Part shown: piece after piece, positions 57,545-61,623 of the stretch
Position numbering within the stretch: the stretch's first letter is position 1
Layout of the letters: every line of letters begins with the position of its first letter
Origin: a virus
Lineage: Duplodnaviria > Caudoviricetes
Strand: one strand, 5' to 3'
DNA: 61,623 bases
Virus record (IMG/VR): IMGVR_UViG_3300002219_000044
Coordinates: 1 to 61,623 of that record
The notes under the pieces: generated by a model
Told to the model about the DNA's origin: nothing
Seen by the model: the letters and a program-made list of their open reading frames with translations, nothing else
Databases searched by the model: none
Made by a program: the position numbers and the translations under genes

Positions 57545-58041
57545 CCTCGCTTCATGTTGGCAATGACCGCCTCGTTTTCGTCCAGCTCTATTTCCAGTGA
57601 TTCCCTGCAGGCCCGGATTCTATCCATCGTTGAACCGGGATCGGTCAACGCCGCATGATACGAGGCCAATGCGGGAATATCTTCGAGGCATTCCCGGCAA
57701 ATATCCTTGGACTTTGTGGCGGGCAGATTTTCGGGCGCCAACCGGCAACCGACAATTCCGGCCAAGCGCCGGACCATGGCACGGGCAACCTCATCGCCGC
57801 CGGGAACCGACACGCATTTGCGCAAGATCCGCTCCAGCTTTTCAATGGGGTTTTCCCGTGGATATTCTTCTGAGGTATAGTCTGGATCGGCGGTATATCT
57901 AAGGATCTGTTCGCCGGAAACATGGAAGACATTGACAAGAAACTGATCGGAAAGGAGGCCCCTGCAGGCCGTCAGGAATTGCCGCGAATTTATTGGCGCG
58001 TCGATTTCGTGGGTTGTTTTCGACTCATTTTTTTGTTGCAT
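57541..58041 (-). CDS. CII-like regulatory protein
   Basis: Downstream of cro; NPIEKLE motif. Confidence 0.55.
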   Translation of the reverse strand: MQQKNESKTTHEIDAPINSRQFLTACRGLLSDQFLVNVFHVSGEQILRYTADPDYTSEEYPRENPIEKLERILRKCVSVPGGDEVARAMVRRLAGIVGCRLAPENLPATKSKDICRECLEDIPALASYHAALTDPGSTMDRIRACRESLEIELDENEAVIANMKRG

Positions 58042-58125
58042 AATTCCAAATCCTTATGATAGCCTGTTTTTGATTGTCACTAAAAAGTGAATACGATTCA
58101 GCAAACAGCGAAAAAAAACCCGGAA

Positions 58126-58341
58126 TTAATCCGGGAAATTCTCTGGAACTAACAGCTCTTTTAATGTAATGTGTTCGCCCGTTGCGTCATGGATGCGCTG
58201 GGCTATACGCTTGGCGGTCGGATAGGATAGCCGCCGCTGGCCCCGCAGGAACCTTGACAGAAAAGATTCGTGCAGACCGGCCAAGTTTGCGAGTTGCCTG
58301 TTCGACAGGCTGTGTTTTTTTTTCAGGTCCGGCAAATTCAT
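58126..58341 (-). CDS. Cro-like XRE repressor
   Basis: LSNRQLANLAGLHESFLSRFLRG. Confidence 0.8.
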   Translation of the reverse strand: MNLPDLKKKHSLSNRQLANLAGLHESFLSRFLRGQRRLSYPTAKRIAQRIHDATGEHITLKELLVPENFPD

Positions 58342-58348
58342 GGAGCCA

Positions 58349-58399
58349 ATATTAGGCTGTTTATGCCTTAACGTCAAGGCAAAAATTGCCTTTTATGGT
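58349..58399. promoter_or_regulatory. Immunity switch: divergent promoters with two operators
   Basis: Minus strand TTGACG-17-TAATAT; AGGCTGTTTATGCCT at 58354, AGGCAAAAATTGCCT at 58377. Confidence 0.75.
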
Positions 58400-58406
58400 A
58401 AATACG

Positions 58407-58970
58407 ATGGCTGATATTGATTACAAAAAACTGATCGCCCAAAATATCCGAAAGCACCGGGAAATTCTCGGCTGGAACCAGACTACACTGGGCATACTGG
58501 CCCTGGGGTATCCGGATACGGCGAAAGGCCGCCAGGCGGCTCAGTCAAAAATCAAGAACATCGAGCTGGGGAAAGTCGATGTCCGGATCAATCAGCTTGT
58601 GGACATCATCCACACGCTGAATATCTCGCTGGTGGATTTGCTGGTGGACGAAGGGCGGGGCGTCGCGCCGTCCATGCAGGACGTAAACACCGGGAATTGC
58701 ACACTGGAATGCCCTTACAAAACCTGTTCAGAAATCGCCTTTACCCTCTGCCGGGACGCCTTGGAGGTTATCGATTCACACCACTCCGAGGCCGCAAATG
58801 CGCTTGCCTCCAATATACAGATGATCAAGGCTTATATTCGGCGGTCCGAATCGTTTGTAGCGCTGCAGCAGGACGTTGAGCGCCTGGGCCGATCCCTGGA
58901 AGATATCACAAGAAAGACTGCCGAAGAGGCGCTGCCCCCTTTTCCGCATCTCATCGAACTGAAACGATAA
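58407..58970 (+). CDS. CI-like XRE repressor
   Basis: NIRKHREILGWNQ..IELGK; divergent from cro. Confidence 0.75.
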   Translation: MADIDYKKLIAQNIRKHREILGWNQTTLGILALGYPDTAKGRQAAQSKIKNIELGKVDVRINQLVDIIHTLNISLVDLLVDEGRGVAPSMQDVNTGNCTLECPYKTCSEIAFTLCRDALEVIDSHHSEAANALASNIQMIKAYIRRSESFVALQQDVERLGRSLEDITRKTAEEALPPFPHLIELKR

Positions 58971-59145
58971 GAAGTTGCCATTCCATAGAGGCAAAAAACG
59001 GCAAGCTACCTTGTTCACATAATGCCGGCAAGCCGTCAAGCGAAACCGAAATATTTTCTTTACCCGCCCTCACCCCCTGTCAATAAAATGGACAATTCCA
59101 ACATACTGCCGTTCACGCGGAGCATAAAACAAGGAGGTTGATAAA

Positions 59146-59577
59146 GTGAAAAGGCTTTGTTATTTTTGGGTTTTTCTGGTTCTGGCATTTGCCGCTATCC
59201 CGGCCGTCACACGCGCCGACGATGCGGATAGTGTGAAGAATGGGTATCTGCCGATTGACAGAAATTTGACGGTCGGCGAGGCCTTCGACCGCTATCCGTA
59301 CTTCTCGCGGATCGCCTGGAACGCACACGCAGACGCCGGGCGCCGGGTGGTCGAGGTCACTGTAATGCTGGACACGGACACGCACCCCCACATGCCGGAT
59401 TTCCGGCATTTCATCATCGAATACATATTCGAGATCTACAACGACGGCACCTTCCAGGTCATCGAGTCCTACCTGGACTTCAAGAAAAAATCCGGAGAGG
59501 CAGCGACAACGCAGATCGGACCGGATCAGACTTTCAGGTCACTGTGCGCCCTCTATGCAGGATCTCCGGACCTGTAA
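59146..59577 (+). CDS. Exported protein (possible lysogenic conversion or exclusion)
   Basis: AGGAGG RBS, signal peptide ending TRA. Confidence 0.65.
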   Translation: MKRLCYFWVFLVLAFAAIPAVTRADDADSVKNGYLPIDRNLTVGEAFDRYPYFSRIAWNAHADAGRRVVEVTVMLDTDTHPHMPDFRHFIIEYIFEIYNDGTFQVIESYLDFKKKSGEAATTQIGPDQTFRSLCALYAGSPDL

Positions 59578-59766
59578 GGCCCGGCCCCGCAAAAACCCCG
59601 CATTTATAAAAGGGTGAGGCTTCGGAAGAGGCCCGCCCTTTTTCTTTGCGCTGAAACCGGGAATTTTTATAGAGAAATTCCCGGTTTTTTTGGGACACCT
59701 TATAGATCGTGTCCCATTTTTTTGTTCCCCGCGTAACTTATCAATTTTGCCTATTTCCCGCCAAAA

Positions 59767-59809
59767 AGGCATAAAAAGCCTTGACATATAGACAAATAAC
59801 GCCTATTAT
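59767..59809 (+). promoter_or_regulatory. Early promoter with repressor operators
   Basis: TTGACA-17-TATTAT; AGGCATAAAAAGCCT at 59767, AGACAAATAACGCCT at 59790. Confidence 0.8.
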
Positions 59810-59966
59810 CCGAACCATGCTTGCAGGAAGTACCGCCTGACGCCGACAGGCTGAAACCGGGAACCCTGGAAGCGATCCGGGCGCAACCGCTCGCGCTGCA
59901 CTTGAAACTGGGCGAGCGACGGCGGAAGGGCCAGAACCGAGGGAAAGAGTAGAGGGGATAGTGGTT

Positions 59967-60125
59967 ATGAGGTGGATTTTGGGGTTTTTGATGTTCGTCG
60001 GGCTGGCGCTTGCCATGTCCGACTCGGAGTATCCGGGGATCTATCCGATTCCCAACCTGATCGGCATACTCGTTTTGCTTGCGGTCCTTCTGGCCTGCAA
60101 GCGGATTGAGCCACCGGTCGAGTAA
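59967..60125 (+). CDS. 52-aa membrane peptide (below ORF-track cutoff)
   Basis: MRWILGFLMFVGLALA..LIGILVLLAVLLACKR; GAGGGG RBS. Confidence 0.55.
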   Translation: MRWILGFLMFVGLALAMSDSEYPGIYPIPNLIGILVLLAVLLACKRIEPPVE

Positions 60126-60153
60126 ACCCCACAAGAAGAAAGGAGAAGAGGGG

Positions 60154-61248
60154 ATGGCAAAAAAAACCGAGAACAGCCCGAAAGAGACGGCCATGGCGCG
60201 TCTCGAAGAGTACCGACTGAGCGGGGCGCACCTTCTTATTCCGGAGATGCGCTTCGAGGGGCTTTCGCCCTACCACGCACCCGTGGTTGAGAGCGTAACT
60301 GCCAGTCTTAACCCGGCCGATGGGGACATTTACCCGCACGAAAAGAGCGGGAACGCCGTATCAAGCTGGAGGCTTACCGGCCTCTTCCTGCAAAAACTCT
60401 CCGTTTGCGCCGGAATTCTCTGGCGTACACAGGACACCCACAGGACCGACCCGCGCAACGATAAAGATTATGTCTCATACCAAGCGGTTGGAAGTATCGT
60501 CAAGCCCGACGGGTCTGCCGTCACCATGAAGGGCGAATATGACGTGGACATTGAAATCATCCGCGAGGAAATCACGGAATCCTATTCCAAGAAGGCAAGG
60601 GATTGGGAAAAAAAGGACTGGTTTAAGAAGATGTCGGCCCAGCAACGGACCGACTACGTCGAATCCTGTATTCGACGGGACGTTATGCAGAAAAGAAAGC
60701 ACAAGCTAAAACTGGCAGAGACGGGCGCGAAATGCCGGGCGATCCGGTCCTTGCTCGGGTTGAAAAATACCTACACCACGGAAGAGTTGAAGAAGCCGTT
60801 CGTCATGGTCCGGATTGTAGCACGGCCGGACTATAACGATCCGAATGTGCAAAAAGCCATGCTGGCCGCCACCGTGCAGGCGATCACGGGCATTTATCAC
60901 GAGCCGGCCATTGATGCCGATTATACGGCCGAAATGCAGCCGGCCGGGGCATGGCCCGAGCCGACCGAACCGGCAACGCCACCGCCGGCCGCGCCTGTCA
61001 ACACAAATACCCCCCCAACCCCCGAGGGCCCTCCGGATCCGCAGTTGATCGACTTTCAGAATGCGAATCCGGAATCTCGGGTTTGCGCCATTAAAGCACT
61101 GGCCGAGCGGAAAAAGTACGATCTGTCCGCTCTCCCGATGCCCGTTGCCGGAATGCAGCCCCACACCCAGGAGCGCCTGTTTAAGACCCTTCTGAGTCGC
61201 CCACTTCCAACCGAACCCGAACCCGTCGCAGACGGCATACCGTCATAA
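60154..61248 (+). CDS. Probable recombination/annealing protein
   Basis: AETGAKCRAIRSLLG..YT.EEL; Pro-rich tail; next to nuclease. Confidence 0.5.
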   Translation: MAKKTENSPKETAMARLEEYRLSGAHLLIPEMRFEGLSPYHAPVVESVTASLNPADGDIYPHEKSGNAVSSWRLTGLFLQKLSVCAGILWRTQDTHRTDPRNDKDYVSYQAVGSIVKPDGSAVTMKGEYDVDIEIIREEITESYSKKARDWEKKDWFKKMSAQQRTDYVESCIRRDVMQKRKHKLKLAETGAKCRAIRSLLGLKNTYTTEELKKPFVMVRIVARPDYNDPNVQKAMLAATVQAITGIYHEPAIDADYTAEMQPAGAWPEPTEPATPPPAAPVNTNTPPTPEGPPDPQLIDFQNANPESRVCAIKALAERKKYDLSALPMPVAGMQPHTQERLFKTLLSRPLPTEPEPVADGIPS

Positions 61249-61258
61249 GGAGGCTGCA

Positions 61259-61623
61259 ATGAAAATTTTGCACATGGCCGATATACACGCACGGGACAAG
61301 GACATTGACGAAATCCGGAAGTGCATGGAATTCATCATCGAAACCGCCGACGCCGAGAAGCCGGACATCATCATCATTGCCGGAGACACGTTTGACAGCC
61401 AGAACGTCAAGCTCGACAGCGCCTCAGCAAAATACATCTTTGACGCCGTGACGCGGATGGCAGACATCGCGCCCGTCGCGGTCCTGATCGGTACCCCGAG
61501 CCATGACGGCATGGCCGCCGAGGTATTGAGACACATCAATGCGGATCATGCCGTGCATGTGTCCACTAAGCCGGAGCAAGTCTATTACCACTGGGGCGAA
61601 GTTCTCAACACGACGCGGCCCAT
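61259..61623 (+). CDS. SbcD/Mre11-like metallophosphoesterase (partial)
   Basis: MKILHMADIH, IAGDTFD, GTPSHD; AGGAGG RBS. Confidence 0.85.
   Translation, partial: MKILHMADIHARDKDIDEIRKCMEFIIETADAEKPDIIIIAGDTFDSQNVKLDSASAKYIFDAVTRMADIAPVAVLIGTPSHDGMAAEVLRHINADHAVHVSTKPEQVYYHWGEVLNTTRP

Larger units (their letters stand above)
1..61623. mobile_element. Prophage with P1-like virion/Dar modules and lambdoid immunity/replication; continues past right edge
   Basis: Contiguous lysis, head, Dar, tail, terminase, replication and repressor genes abutting a tRNA. Confidence 0.93.

Noticed and set aside
59836-59863. Hammerhead ribozyme (CTGA...GAAAC)
   Set aside because: Core lacks CUGANGA and I could not build the flanking stems

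Overview
Most of a temperate myovirus prophage. The left edge is the 5' half of a tRNA-Leu(TAA), a probable att site; the right end is cut inside an SbcD/Mre11-like gene, and no integrase lies in the window. Virion, packaging and antirestriction genes are P1-like: pacA/pacB, portal, prohead protease, major capsid, sheath, tube, tape measure, baseplate, tail fibre and hdf-darA-ddrA-ddrB-like-darB-ulx. The early region is lambdoid: divergent cI/cro, cII-like, O-like initiator with iterons, DnaC-like loader, SSB and RuvC. The most striking observation is an expanded ~20 kb Dar locus that looks like a virion-packaged, protease-processed polyprotein cargo system. Domain boundaries in its large proteins coincide with hydrophobic-x-E-[S/A/G] motifs also seen in capsid, protease, portal and core proteins. 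Three cargo units share a DarB-type N-terminal helix, and DarA carries extra modules behind a repeated linker. Other findings are a mini-intein splitting the DarB DExH motif, a 52-bp late-promoter element present twice, a candidate +1 frameshift before the tape measure gene and a divergent accessory island. All family assignments come from motif recognition and gene order, not database searches.
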